This document shows, one piece after another, positions 25,011-39,299 of a stretch of 64,000 nucleotides of DNA. Source of the stretch: Carcharhinus amblyrhynchos. Its lineage: Eukaryota. The notes under the pieces were generated by a model. It did no database searches. It was not told the origin of the DNA and was given only the letters and a program-made list of their open reading frames with translations. Positions within the stretch are counted from its first letter, which is position 1. Each line of letters begins with the position of its first letter. The DNA lies in NCBI GenBank assembly GCA_965287045.1, contig OZ336882.1, forward strand, positions 64,666,001 to 64,730,000, in the 5' to 3' direction. Both the position numbers and the translations under genes were made by a program.

Positions 25011-25407
25011 ATTTAAGCTGCCTTACCATATGGTAACTAGTGCTGTAAGAAGTGGCTTGTCCTGTCCTCCCCCCTGACATGACAGTGATAGAGCCCTCTA
25101 CGGAAGACCTGAAAAGAGAAGAGGAGCAATGTCAGAGCTGATGGCTATTGTTTCACAGAGGATCCGGACCTGTATCTTGTTCCTCTTCAGTCATTCTCAA
25201 TGTATCAAAATTGAGCTTTCCTGTATGCAGGGCACAACTAGAAATTAATACTTCATAAGCACCAATAGCCATTAGCAAGGAAAATGTGTGTTCAGAATTG
25301 GGTGGATCCTGCCTGATCTCAACAATCAGTGTAATTGTGTGACCCTCTGAACACCACCTTTGTGACCTTGGAATGGGTTATAAATCCCCATCAACTAATT
25401 ATATCCA

Positions 25408-25528
25408 TAGAAATGCTGGAAATTCTCAGCGGGTCTGACAGCATCTGTGGAGAGAGAAACAGAATTAACATTTCAAGTCTGTATGACTCTAGGGCTCTGA
25501 GGCAGAGTTGTATGGACTTGAAACACTG
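25408..25528. mobile_element. Decayed head-to-head pair of family B PLE termini
   Basis: aacatttcaagtctgtatgactct is mirrored by agagttgtatggacttgaaacact; the right copy is cut by a MITE-like start gggtagaattctcc. Confidence 0.6.
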
Positions 25529-27292
25529 GGTAGAATTCTCCCATCTAGCTTTAGATCCTGTGGTGGAGGCCAGCGTGAAACTCTGCCGCATCTTCCGGCC
25601 CCAACCTCATCACTTACGCACCCAGGGGTTTAACCCATATTCAGTGCTGGGGCAGACATGATGGTATGCGTCCTACATTGAAAAGATGTCATTGACCAAC
25701 CATTGGAGAAAGAAGATAGACTCCCTGAAAAAGACAATGGATCCAGGATCACTGATGACCTCCATCCCAAACTCCAGAGGCTGCCCCAGGCATTCTTCAG
25801 GTGAGTCCTGACTTCTGCTCACGTCATAGTTCTAGACATATTCTGGACCAGTGTGAATTCTCACTGGCATCATGGAGAATTGGATATAGGTGGAAGAAAC
25901 CTGTTGGACCTTCATCAAATCCCATTCATGCAATGAAAATCAATCTGATGCCGGCCTCCAGCGGGTCTCCCTATCCGCTGCGCGAGGCAGGAAACCAAGT
26001 TTGGACACCTCCCAAAATTATGTTGCACGTCCTAACCATTCAATGTCATTGAAGCAGAATTGGAGGCAATGGTGTCTCTGATGCATTGTATCTCTGGTGG
26101 CATTTAAGAATGCAAGCCAAAACTTCAAAACAGGGGAGTTTGAGATTTAGGAGGCAAATCATGGCTTGAATTGTTTATGGACAGGAATGCATCACTGCAT
26201 TCCAGTTTACTTAAACTACGGAATATAAATTGGCATTCGTCAGTACTGAGGTTCAGTCCTAGTCACATCTATTGTTGTCTGCACCTATCTGCACCTTTAT
26301 CTAATTTGTGTTCCGTGGCAATACACTTGATGATCTGTTCCCACATCCATTCACTTTCCGTTTCTTTTTTTATTACGCAATTCCAGTTATTTATTAGAGT
26401 CTTTCATACAATATTTATCACACAGTGACTGCAGTTAACACTCTTCAGTTATGTTTAAACAATAGAAAGCAATATTCCGATCTGCTGGAATTAAGGCATT
26501 ACTGCAGTAAATGCTTTTACTTACTGCCCTGGAGAGAATGCTGTAAGCTCCAAGCCATGGCTTCTGGTTGCATTGAGTAAGGCAATCAGTAGGGTTAAAT
26601 ACTCAGGAGTTGGCGTAACAACATTATAGGTACCCTAGACAAACCCACACCCTACAATTAACTTTTTGTAAATGAATATTGTGCATTAGTATGAATAAAA
26701 ATACTCCATTTAGAGTAATAAATTTATTTTACGTGAGAAAGGAGAATATTATGATTCTGATTATCCATTTTTATTGTTCTACACTTTTCACAGGATATGT
26801 GCTAAAAAAAAGTACACTATAATGTGTAATTTGACTCACATGATGTGACACATTGTGTTCCTGTAATAGTTATGAGATGATTTTATGTGCAATTTGCACA
26901 ATCAATAATCATTACAATAGAGTGGACTTAATTAAACTACATTATTGGATATTATTTACTGGTTCGCAGTTTTGGAATAGTCACTAAGATGCACAAATTA
27001 GTAAAACTTACATAAAAAGAATGAGGAATACAATATAACATTTTGTGAAAGATTGCAATGTGGAAGCCTGTGTGTGTATATCAGCGTCTGTGAATGCGTA
27101 TCAGTGATCAAGACCTTTCATTGCCACCAGTAAAATTAACTGAGTTTACTTTAATAGTTTCATGAATAGGCCATTCTGTCTTTTGCCAGCACCCACCCCT
27201 GCAAATTCTGCCACTCCAGGTGACCACTTAGCTTGCCTGATGGTTGCATCGGCCCTGTTAGTACTTAATTAAGCATGAACTGATCCACTCAC

Positions 27293-27660
27293 TGCTGTAG
27301 CTCAATTAGTAGCATGTTCTCTTCTGAGTGCGGCCGTTGTGAGTTCAAGTCCCAATCCAGCCTCTAAAGCACATTTGTTGTGCCGATACCCCTACAGAGT
27401 GCTGCACTGTGATGCTGTTTTCAAGGCGAGATATTTTAAATCAAGGTCCCTTCTGACCTCTGAGGTGAATGTGAAAGATCCCATGACACTAATTCATAGA
27501 GGAGGGGAGTTGCTGGGTGTCCTGGCCAGAATTTCTCAATTAGCTCTTAAAACAAATGATATGGCTATTATGATTATACAATTAGGGGATCATACTACAA
27601 AAATATTTTGTTTGGTTTAAGATCTTTAGGGTAATGTGAAAGGCAATTTAAGTCATTCCT
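27293..27660 (+). mobile_element. Old Deu-domain-like SINE
   Basis: Head gctgtagctcaattagtagc...gagttcaagtccc; body gagtgctgcactgt, aaagatcccatgacacta, ggtgtcctggcca. Confidence 0.6.
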
Positions 27661-29589
27661 TCTTTCTTAGCTCACCAATTGAGGATGATAGAAACACAAC
27701 TGATGGAGAATGACCAGCCATATCAAACAAACATAGACAAGAGTGACTGAGGAGAAAATGGCAGTGAATTAGGGAAGAGGCTACTGTTCAGCAGGTAGTT
27801 AACTCAGAACAAGTCTCAAACCCTAAAATCAAAGACAGTGGAAGAAAGATACCTGGCAGTTGAAGAAAATTTGGCAATTCAGGCAGGAAGGGGTGAGGCA
27901 GTGTGAGAAGAAAAGAACCATGGGGAAGATTAGGCACACAGCCCAACCAGGAGAACAACTGGAAAAATGTCCCCTGGCAGCTGTAGAGATTGACAGATGT
28001 TGCAGAGAATAGGCTCCAGCTGTTCTGCATTAACTGTGGAAGGAGTCATGAGAAATAATGTTGGGTGTTTTGCTTTTAATACAGAGGGTTTTCCCTTCAG
28101 TTCATTATACTTTTAGGAAAGTCTTACTTAACCAGCGGCTTGGCATTGTGAATGGAACAGGATGGCATCCTGTTGCTGAACCCACGCCTTATGTCATGCA
28201 ATAATTGTCGGAAGATAGGTGTGTACCTAACAGCTGATGCTGTCATGGAGCTACAGTGATATAATACTAATGTATACAATTCTCTCTACCAATTAACCAA
28301 CACCATCTGGAGCTAAGGGACACATAGCGACAACACACTGGCAACCACAGCCAGCAAAAGCAAGGAGCACAACTGTCCTGGGACCCAGCGTTAGAACCTG
28401 AGAAACCTTCAGCTACTTAGGGTTACATGTCAACAACACTCGGGAGGTTGATTTTGGACAAGGCCACTGTCACTTTGAGACCCACTGACCTCCTTTGAAT
28501 GCGGGTGAGCTGCAGGTGTAAAAAGGTTGCCATACAAAGCCTGTCTGCTCTTGGGTCTCTGCAGCCATCTGGGATGCTGTCAGAGGGCCAGAGGTGGGTC
28601 AGTGAGGTGATGGAGTGGGAGGGGATGCGAGGGGAGGGAGGAATGTGAAGGAGTTACAATACCGAGGCAGGATGAAAGTGATTTTGATCATTTTTGTGAA
28701 GCCAGGTGTAGGGACACACCTAATCATTAGTAATCCACTTAAAAAATATATAATCTTATAATTTTTTCTGGCTGCTTCCAATCACAACACCAGTCCACAT
28801 TGAAGGAATTCTCCTGTCAGAAGCACTATCAGTGTGTCCCTTAAAACTGCAACAAGCTCTTAACTATGTCTTTGGGCCCTAGTTTGCAAACTATTTATTT
28901 CAGGCCACCCTGCTGTAGGCTTTGTTCCAAATGTCATCAGCCTCCTTGTCAGGCTTGATGGACCAATAAAGCTACTTTTCTTTTAAGCAATCTTCACACA
29001 CAAACTGTTTTTTCCCTTTGTGGAATGATTGCCGAGCGGATTATCAGCCTATTGAACCCCTTTATGAACGTTCCTTCCATGATCAACAAGTCCAGATGTT
29101 GGACTTGAACCCAGAGCTTCTGGTCCAGATGTAGGGGCACTAGCACTGTGCCTCAAGGCCTCCTAATGAGCCTACTGACCCCAGTAGCCTCACTGGGGCT
29201 ACTGTGAAACAATTAGGGAGACTGTGCTCAGCTGCAGGCCTCATGATTCCAGAAAGTCAACCCTCAAGGGTTGGCCTGGAGCCTCTCATAACTTATTTAC
29301 AGGGTAATGTTGAGTTATCTTTACTCAAAAAAATCTTTGAGCACTTTGGTTATTAGCAAAAATAAAAACCTGACCAGGGAAAGGAGGCTGTACTGACCAG
29401 CAAAAATCATCCAATCGGATAGTGAAGTATCTACTCACTTTCCCATTGGCTGTGAGCAGAGAACTATGGCCACATTGGACAACCAATATTGGATGTATTG
29501 GGAGAAATGGAAGTTAGGTTCGGCAATGCAGGGAACCCAACAGAGAACTCAATGGACATGGAGGCAATAGGCTGATCTTCAGCTGAAGG

Positions 29590-30190
29590 CATTCAGCATG
29601 TTTAGTTTCACTGGTCAGAACATTGAATATAGGAGTTGGGACATCTTGTTGACGTTGTACAAAACATTGGTAAGGCCACACTTGGAGTACTGCGTACAGT
29701 TCTGGTCACGCTATTATCAAAAGGATATTATTAAACTGGAAAGAGTGCAGAAAAGATTTACCAGGATGTTACCAAGACTTGATGGTTTGCATTAGAAGGA
29801 GAAGCTGGATAGACTGGGACTTTTTTTCCCGTCAGCATAGGAGGCTTAAGGGGTATAGATAAGGTAGGTAGTCAACATCTTTTCCCAAAGGTAGGGGAAT
29901 CTAAAACAAGAGGACGTAGGCTTAAAGTGAGAGAGGAGAGATACAAAAGGGGCAATTTTTTCACTCAGAGAGTGGTGAGTCGTTGGAACGAGCTGCCAGT
30001 GGCAGTAGTAGAGGTGGGTACAATTTTGTCTTTTAAAAAGCATGTAGACAGTGACATGGGTAAGATGGGTATAGAGGGATATGGGCCAAATGCGGGCAAT
30101 TGGGACTAGCTTAGTGGTAAAAGCTAGGTGGCATGGACAAGTTGGGCCGAAGGGCCTGTTTCAATGGTGTAAACCTGTATAACCCCTAAG
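29590..30190 (+). mobile_element. CR1 3' fragment
   Basis: [18 protein letters not shown]...FFTQRVVSRWNELP; CR1 tail. Confidence 0.92.
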
Positions 30191-31182
30191 GGTAATAATT
30201 GCACAGTCCAGCCAAATGCTATAGTGTGATTAATCATTGTAATTCCAACAGAGACCACCCTGTAGGTATCCAGTGTGACTGTTGTTATTGGAGTTAGATC
30301 CTCTCCTTCTCAAGAACACTAATTGGATGAGTGGTTGTTTTTAGTCAATCTGAACATCCAATTTTCCTCAATGGTAAATCCATTTGAAAACTGTCAGAAA
30401 TATACGTGCAACAAAGCCACACTCTATTAAAGAAACAACTTTTTGGATTAACTGGCTGGAAACCACTGATTGCATTTTTAAAAGACTGAGGCCACATTCC
30501 ACTGACTTGCAGCCACAGCTTTCAAGATGGTTGAAAATTTACATCACAGTGCACAATAAATTCTATCAAAGACAATTCCATTAGGCAAATGCAAATGATC
30601 CACATCTCCTGTCCCCATTCTCAAGATATTGAGACTGAACTGGGTGGGGAACCAATATTAGGCACACTCATCTAAACAAGTGGCTAGGTGTAGATCCGCT
30701 GGTTGAGAAAGTAATTCCAACCAAAATCTAATCAAGTTACAAGTGGAGTCCACTAGTCATGACCATATATAGGCCACTGGTCAGTCAGAGAGAGATAATC
30801 ATGTGACAGACCAACTAACTCTTTTTGTGACTAAGAAGCTGTTTTTTTTCCCAGACTGAGTCAAAAGCAGAATCAGCAAAGAGGCAAAGTGGCAAGATCT
30901 TATGTGGGCTTTGTTCTCTCCCTCTGCCATCTTGCAAAGCCGAACCCTTTGTTTGGTTATCCATGTACTGCATACAGAGATTTTAAAGAACTCAACCCAG
31001 CAGCTGCTGTCTCCAGAAGAACAGATAAATCATCTGTATATATCGATAAACTGCCTTGTCGTCAAAAACAGAAAGACCACCGAGCCCAGCTTGCATCTAC
31101 CTACTAGAACCATATCACTTAAAGCTATCCTCAACTTTAAAATAATTCATTAATCTTTCCTCACACTCTGTAATCTGTTTTT

Positions 31183-31765
31183 GTGTATGTGAACCTGAGT
31201 GTGTGTGTNNNNNNNNNNNNNNNNNNNNNNNNNNNNNNNNNNNNNNNNNNNNNNNNNNNNNNNNNNNNNNNNNNNNNNNNNNNNNNNNNNNNNNNNNNNN
31301 NNNNNNNNNNNNNNNNNNNNNNNNNNNNNNNNNNNNNNNNNNNNNNNNNNNNNNNNNNNNNNNNNNNNNNNNNNNNNNNNNNNNNNNNNNNNNNNNNNNN
31401 NNNNNNNNNNNNNNNNNNNNNNNNNNNNNNNNNNNNNNNNNNNNNNNNNNNNNNNNNNNNNNNNNNAGGTTAGAGAGTGAGTGTGTGTGTGTGAGTAGGT
31501 TAGAGAGAGAGTGTGTGTGTGTAGGTTAGAGAGTGAGTGTGTGTCAGTGTATGGTGTGTAGGTTAGTAAGTGTGCATGTGTGTGTAGGTCAGAGAGTGGG
31601 TGTGCATATGTGTGTGAGTGTGAGAGTTAGTGAGTGAATGTGAGTGAGTGAATGTGTGCAGGTGAATGAGTGTGCACGAGGGAGCATATGTAGGTTCGTG
31701 AATGTCTGTGCATGTACATGTGTGAGTGACTGTGAAGATGAGTGTGTATGTGTGTGTGTGTACAT
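31183..31765. repeat. Compound (GT/GA)n microsatellite spanning the gap
   Basis: gtgtgt/gagtga runs with recurring aggttagagag. Confidence 0.9.
31209..31466. other. Assembly gap (258 N)
   Basis: Run of N. Confidence 1.
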
Positions 31766-33571
31766 TTACATATTATTTTTCTTAAATAGATTAAGTACAA
31801 TAAATACAACTATCTCTTATTTTTAAAAACGTGAGGAAACTGTCATGGAATAGTAAACAGCTAAACACTCAGTGAATTTGTAAATTTCTTTTATAAAGCT
31901 TGCCGGAAGATGAGAAGCGGGCAAAGTAACATATTTGATCTTAAAAAACACTCGACCCTTTAATTGTTAAAGTGCTCGAGCATCAACTGCATTGGTCCAA
32001 AATTGTTCTCCCAACTCCACAGAAATCAGTACAGGACCCCTCAACATCCTGTAATATCTCAAGCCAGCAATAGTTTGTGGGAATACATCTCTTGGGATTG
32101 CTACATCTGCAGGACCTAGTGACCATTCTTTATGTGTAAGAGCAGAAAACGATATCGGCAGTGTATTCAGCCTGAGGAGCGCATGATAGCCTCGGCCGAC
32201 AGTCGTTATCAGGCACCAACATACACAACTTCATTAGGGATGAGGGAAGTCATTTAGCTAAGCTTAGTGCAGGCACCAAGGAAGACTCTACAGTGCCACC
32301 CCTGCCAATACAATGCCCAATTTGCTCTTATGTTATTCTGCTATTTTTGGCTCCATAACTCTGCGAATCTAATCCCTGGATTTATCGCTATTCGTTTGAA
32401 GGCTAATGTCAATCTCAAATTTGCCTTTTATTAATTTGAAACTGTGTCCCCTTTTCCTAATCTCATTATAACTTCAGATAAAATTGCAGAAAGGTAGTGG
32501 TAATTAAGATGCCTAGGCAATGGCAATTTGAGAATTTGAGTTCAAGTTTATTTTAATACTGAAAAGTAAGAACTGGCTTTGGTTTAAATGATCAGTTGTT
32601 GTAATGTCCTTGAGGAAGAAGACTTGGAGCGGGATTTTACAGCCTCGCTTGAGCGAGACCAGAAATTCCTACCAGAGGTCAACAGACATTTCCATTTTCG
32701 GCCCCTCGCCCGCTCCGATTCCATGGCGGATGAAGCGGTAGCAATCTGGAGTTGATGTTATTCTCCAGTTCCACAGTGGCTTCAGACAAAGGCTCATCTC
32801 TACCTCCTCAGGACAACTAGATACATACAAAAATATTGGCCTTGTTAGGCATACTCACATCCTTGGAATAAAGAAAAAAAATTACCTTTACCCGAGACTA
32901 GCTTACTTCCACTGAATCATCCATACCATTAAGTATTTATACCCTAGTTCTCCATATCTTCATTATCCATACCCTTAACTAGCCATACCGTAACTAACAT
33001 ATTCTTAACCACCCACAACCTTAACTAGCAATTCCATTAGCTATTCGTATCCTTTGCAGTCTTTCTAGGTTCAAGAATGGAAGGCCCTGAAACTCATGGG
33101 ATCTTGCTCTGCCAACACAAGTGCTTCTTACTAAGAACCCTGAGGGAAATTTTAACTTGACCGAGTGAGTGGGCTGGGCAGGGGCAATCCGAAAACCAGC
33201 TGGAAGCCGCTGATTTCTGCCTGTGGCTACAACGTGTTTGGCTGTGTGTGAGAAAGCCCCTTGGAAGAGTTGGATTGCCAATTTAAATATGTCAATCGTT
33301 CATGCGTCTGGGGTTTTCAACTTCAACTGTGGCTGCGTGTGTTTCCCAGGCTTCCTGGAACTTGTTGGTGAAAGGAAGACAGGAGCACAGCACTACTTGA
33401 GCAGGCTGAACAAATGTTAAGCCAAAAAATCCCCAGCAAGTACTGAAATCTGTCTGTTTCCTCGCCTAAGTGAAAGGTACTTGCTTACAGAACTTTTGTT
33501 TTCACTACTTTGGAGATCATTTTTACTACTTTGTAATGCAGTATCTATTGCTTTCTGAAAGTTGCACTGTT

Positions 33572-33875
33572 GCATAGAATCCCTACAGTGCAAAAGGAGG
33601 TCATTCGGCCCATCAAGTCTGCACTGACCACAATCCCACTGAGGCTCCATTCCTGTAACCCCACATACTTACCATGCTAATCCCCTGACACTAGGCTCAA
33701 TTTAGCATGGCCAATCCACCCAACCCACACATCTCTGGAGCGTGGGAGGAAACTGGAGCACTCGGAGGAAACCCACACAGACATGGGAAGAACATGTAAA
33801 CTTCACCAGGCCAGAATTGAACCCGGGTCCCTGTCACCATGAGGCAGCAGTGCTAACCACAGTGCCATCATGCCA
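33572..33875 (-). mobile_element. HE1/V-SINE
   Basis: Full head, V-domain and gggattctatg tail in reverse complement. Confidence 0.9.
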
Positions 33876-34084
33876 TTCCAAATTAAAGTGGAGAATGTGG
33901 GCATCCCTTCTCTCTCATGAAGCTGTTGCTTAGTGAGGACATGGCAGAGGTTGTTGCCACTCCTGTTACTTTTGTAGCTAGTGTTGGGGCACTTATTCTT
34001 GGTACTCAGCTTGGTCCTCATCTGCAGTCCGAGGTAAAAGTGTATAGATGTCACCCAGGCCGAATTAGTATTTGACAGATGGAA

Positions 34085-34340
34085 AGCATTGACCATGAAT
34101 CGTCCAAGCAACCACTGCCCTCAACTTCTTCACCCAGGCTCCCTCCCAGCGATCTGCAGCAGATTGTTTCCAAAATTTCAGAATCAGCTGGCCCACAAAT
34201 GCATCACACTGGTGGCTGATGCTTCATTTGCCAGAGTCGCCACCAACAAGGCCAGTCCAAATGAACGGGTGGTAACGTTTGCGACTTTGGCTGGTCTCCC
34301 ATGAGTCCAGGGAGTGATTGCTTGCACACATGTGTCTGCA
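34085..34340 (+). mobile_element. PIF/Harbinger (HARBI1-like) transposase remnant
   Basis: TALNFF...AHKCITLVADASFAR...FATLAGLP*VQGVIACTHV resembles the GFPxVxGxIDCTH motif; stops and frameshifts. Confidence 0.75.
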
Positions 34341-34369
34341 GATCACCCTGAACTTTTCAATAGGATCCA

Positions 34370-34705
34370 AAGTATCCCTGCAGTGTAGAAGGAGACCATT
34401 CAGGCTATGGAGTCTGCACCAACTCTCCAAAGGATCATTTTAACCAAATCCAAATATCACCCACCGCCTCCCCCCCCCACCCCCCCCCCCCCCCCCGCCC
34501 CCCACCCAGCATGACAGTCCTATCCATGTAAATCTATGCATTTACAATGTCTAATCCACACATATTTGGACCAGGGGGAGAAACCATGGGAACTCCCAGA
34601 GGAATCAGCGAGACATGGGGAGAGTGTGCAAACCAGTTACCTAAGGTTGGAATCGAACCCAGGCCCCTGGCACTGAGGCAGCAATACTAACCACTATGCC
34701 ACCAC
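34370..34705 (-). mobile_element. HE1/V-SINE with poly-C expansion
   Basis: Head at 34650-34705, V-domain, C run at ~34468-34503. Confidence 0.75.
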
Positions 34706-36164
34706 GCTAGCTGTCAACGTCATCAAATGCAATGGTTTCCACTCCATCAATATGTGCCTCATATACAATCACATAAAGGTCATCATTTTGTGTGTACAGG
34801 ATTTCCACAGAGCTTCCATAATGCACCACTCCACCCTCCCTGAGTTCTTTAGAACCTCAAAACAGAGTTACCAGTGGCTCTTTGACTGAAGTCATGGCTG
34901 ATGACACCAAATCAAACTCTAGAGGCCCAGGATTGATACAACTAAAACCACAAATCCATGAGAAGTGACACTGAGCAAACAACAAGAAAATTGGAAATGT
35001 GCTTTTAATCCCTGGGCAGATCTGAGACACATATCAATATGCAGCAATCTGACATGGAGATTGAAAGTGGTGAACTGCGCTCTGCAGTGAGGCTTGGAGC
35101 AGCCAGAGTGACTGTATCTGGGGGTACGAGCAGTTGAATGCAGGAGGCAAAAAAGGAACATGGTATGACAGGGTTACAAGCAGAGACTTACCTTGCTTCC
35201 CGAGTTGGCCTATTTTTGTCCAATTGCACTCATCTGACACCAATGGTTTGACCTTACTTGCCACCCAGCCTCCCCGAAACTGCCAGCTCAAAGCAGAGCC
35301 ACAGTTAACAAAGCATAATTGTCACACACACCCATTTCTCACCTTGAATCTTATCATTCATCACAAAGTGAGAAGGTCACTTGTGAGGATGAAATGGGAA
35401 ATATGGAGAATGATGCAAGTAAATCATTTTTATGTGCATGAAAAAAGGGAACAATCTGACATTGTGTAACACACTGAAAAAGTATCAAAGTCTTTTGATA
35501 TACTGACCCTAACGTTCAAGCTACAGATCAAAAAGGTTGATTTTCTCAAACAATGCCGTAGCTGCTTGACACAACAACTTTCTACCTTCCTTGCAGATTT
35601 TTCGAGGACTTACCCTTTTCTCTCCAGATGTCGGTGTCTTAGTGACGTTAGGCCGATCTAATCTAGTTTAGTGTCGTAGCGCGAGGTCTCATGATGAAAA
35701 TCACAATAGTGATTAATTGAATGCCAATTAAACCATATACAAACAAACTTGGTACAAATACAGGTCTGGTCCCACTGAACCCAAGTTCGCACTGTAGGTT
35801 CCCTCCTATCAGGACCCATTCCTAAGCACCCAATAAGTGACGGTTCATTCGCATCCCCCTGATAGGTCCTAGGAGGGTCATGAACACCCGCCCCTTAAAG
35901 CGGCCACACTACCACAGAGGGCGATGGAATGTGTGAGTTCGACGGATTGTTGAATAAAATTCGTTGAGGGTCACTATAACGGATAGGTGTGATTTTGCAT
36001 TACAGTGAGGTGTCAGTGGTGAACGGTCAGATGGGGATGTGAGGTGATCCACAGGCAGAAAGTGATATGTGCACCTGGAAAGTAAAGAATGATGAGCTGG
36101 GGGAGGCACATTGAAGGGAATTGGGTTTAGCTGCACATCAGGGTGCACCAGAATGTGCCATTTC

Positions 36165-36390
36165 ACATACCTCCCCTAGCCTGATCAGGTCTTTGAATCT
36201 CTTCCTGCACTGTGGATAGGGATTTGACATTGCATTCCCGCTGCAAGCCTCCTTTGCAATTTCCAGCCGTGCCTTCTTGTTTCCATGCTCCCCCCACACC
36301 TGCGAGGAAGGTAATTTCTGTGGGGACCCGATAGCTGCAGAATCAGCTCCAGAGAGAGGGGTGGAAGGGGGCATCACTGAAGAAAGTTGC
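36165..36390 (-). mobile_element. Harbinger-associated Myb/SANT-like gene remnant
   Basis: KKARLEIAKEA...PQCRKRFKDLIR followed by gag|gtatgt; resembles the AWxEIA...QCRKKFxDL motif. Confidence 0.55.
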
Positions 36391-37952
36391 AATCCAGCCA
36401 CATTGGCAATTCGTCGCTGCTGTTCCTTCCTCTATTCAAGTACTTGAACATTCCTTCAACTATCACTTTGCATGGTCTTTTTAAAATAACTGAAATAGAC
36501 ACAAGTGGGTCATCATCACACTCACTCGCACTAATTATTCAGCAGATCAGGAAGTCAGATGCTGATGTAATGCTGCATTAAAAGCCATTGAACAAATGAG
36601 CTGCCGAAACCTCCAGGTTCCTCACTCTGAGCACGTCTCCAAGTTCAAATTCGAACCTGTGAGTCTATTTGCAGCTCAGGGCATGCACAGCAAACTAACA
36701 TGAGGTTTTTAACCAGACTATCTGGTGTTAACAAAAAATCTTCTTTGGAAGACATATCTTGCTGTAGAATCTTAGCCTCACAGAAATCAAATGCAGTGGC
36801 TGCTGCTTATGTGCACAATGAGGCCTCACAAAAGATGAATGCCCTGATTATGCCTGTTGAACGACCTTGATAGATACTTGAACAGGAGGCAAACAGAAAC
36901 CACATATCGACACAGGCTTGATGGGCCATAGTTCTTGGGCTGTATTGTTCTTCGTTCTATAGGGAGTGATGAGATTACCAGAGGAACTCACTGCTCACCA
37001 TCAATTAGGACCATTGGATCTCTAACGGACACCTGAACCACTAAAGGGGGCAGGAGAGGCCTCATCCCAGCCCAAGGAATGTTCCTTTGAAAATGCAAAC
37101 TTCACTATAATAGAATCAAAATCTTGGAAATATAGGAAATCCTTCGAGACAAAATTCATTGGACTGCATATAGAATTACCGGGAACTGAACAATGAATTA
37201 TTTTCTGGTAATGGGGCACCAATGACTTTGGAAAGGAGGTTAACATCACCTTGTGAGGTTATTATGCCTCCTCTGACACAGTATGAAGCAACCATTCTGG
37301 TGCCCATTTAAAAATAAAGAATATAAATATTACTGGAAATAACAGATGCCAAAGAATGAGTTAAAGGCTGTAATCTAACCGTAGAGTTCAAGTGACATTT
37401 ATTAATGACTCAAGCTTTCCTCCCACAGTTCGTGACATAATCCAAAACCCTGATTAGATTTCAGAATTCCAGCTTGCTGCCAACTTAGACATTATTTCAT
37501 TTTTATTCAAGGAACACACTTCATGAAGAAGCATTATTTGCTGTTGTGGTATTATTTATGAGTGTCATTGAGTGTTGGAGCATTGACCTGGGGTAGGAGA
37601 GCAAAGGTTACATTCCCAACTCCCCTCCGTGCATGGTTAGAGCCAAGCTGAGTGAGGAAGCACTGACCAGAGACTGCAATATTTCCCAGAAAGGGAGAGA
37701 GAAATTCCAGAGAATTGGAAATAAAATTGATTCATCCTGTTGCTGTTTGCTGGATCTTCTGGATCTTGCTGGATCTTCTTCAACTTTTGTTCTGGTTGTG
37801 GTCTGATCACATTTATAGTTCATCCAATTGTCCAATTGCTTTGTATGGTGCCAACTCAGAGTGTATCAAAAAGGCAACCAGACAATGTGATAATGGAGTC
37901 ACGGATAGGCCAGAATGGGTTGTTCTGCCCACAGGAATATCAGTGAACCCAT

Positions 37953-38270
37953 TGGGTGGAATTTTCCTAGCCTGCCCACCACGGAAATCATAGTGGGCGT
38001 GGGAGAAAGATCAAAGGACCATGGCTAATGCACCTAACCTCCTGACTTGTGCCTTGTAGATGGTGGACAGGCTTTGGGGAGTCGGGAGGTGAGTTACTCA
38101 TCACAGTATTTCCAGCCTCTGACCTGGCCTTGTAGCCACAGTATTTGTATGGCTGGACCAGTTCAGTTTCTGATCAATGGTAACCCCTAGGGTAAAGTTC
38201 ATGCAAAAGTCTGTTGACCTCAGGTGGAAATTTCTGGTCTTGAGGCAAATACGAGTGGAAAATCCCACCC
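37953..38270. mobile_element. Harbinger-type MITE with an internal LINE fragment (~38040-38190)
   Basis: att|gggtggaattttcc...gaaaatcccaccc|att; the insert matches the 57148-57230 LINE sequence. Confidence 0.6.
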
Positions 38271-39299
38271 ATTGTGTTTTTACAATAATCTTGAAGCTTT
38301 TCTGGTCACTTCTGCTGCTCTAATGCCACCCTACAAATTAACAAGTTTATAGAATATAATTATGGGAATTAAGCTCTTTATTGGGCAGACTTTTGACTGC
38401 CAAGTTTTGGGCAGGTAGCTGCTTCCTCCTATCCCCCCAGGTACCATGGCCTTAAGAGGATGTTGGTGATCATCACTCTCTTACTCTTTACCTTCTGTCC
38501 TTAGGGTTATTGGAACGACTTAAGACTGATTGTCAACCTGTTGGGTGATATTATGAATGCATCTTCTTTGGCCATCAAATCCTGGAATGAGACTTGAACC
38601 CAGAGCTTCTGGCCCAGAGGCAGGGACATTACCCACTGCACCACAAGACCTTCATCTTGGAGTTAGAGTCCCTAAAAATGGCAACAGTTGAGAAATCTGA
38701 CATCGTCCTCACCACTTTGGGTTTCATTAAAGTGTGTTTACAAATGAGCAGGAAACCTGCTTGAACTAACCGGTCTGTTAATTAAATAATCAGTTGTTTG
38801 TGAACTTACCCTATAGTTCCAGCTTTAGCAATCAGCACACGGGTTTCCCAATCAGCTGCATGGAGCCAGCAATCTTTCAACCTGCCAAATTCAAGAGGAA
38901 AGCGTTCAATCTAGGCACCAACAACCCCAGCTTTAGGTCACCCTTGTCCAGGAGTATTATAGCTTGCACAACACACAAGCCATTTTAAACATCACCTTCT
39001 GGATGGCAAATTGGCAGAGCAGATCGCTGCCAAATCTACAAAGGGCACTGAAACTGGTGGGTGAACAGCTTTGGTCTTTTGCCATCTTAACTGGAGACAG
39101 AAATTGCCAACCTTGTTCTTTCTCTCCCCACTAAGGCCATCTACTATATCAACCTAGCTCTGAAAAGAAGGGGATCATCCAAATGTGGAAAGATACTAAA
39201 GAGTTAAACTTTTTCAATTGATATATTTCGAAGATTTGCTTTCTGTACAATTGGCTGCCGAACAAACTGGAGCAGGTCGGGAGCCAAGCAGGTACTCAC

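Noticed and set aside
31183-31529. ORFs across the N run
   Set aside because: Gap artefact.
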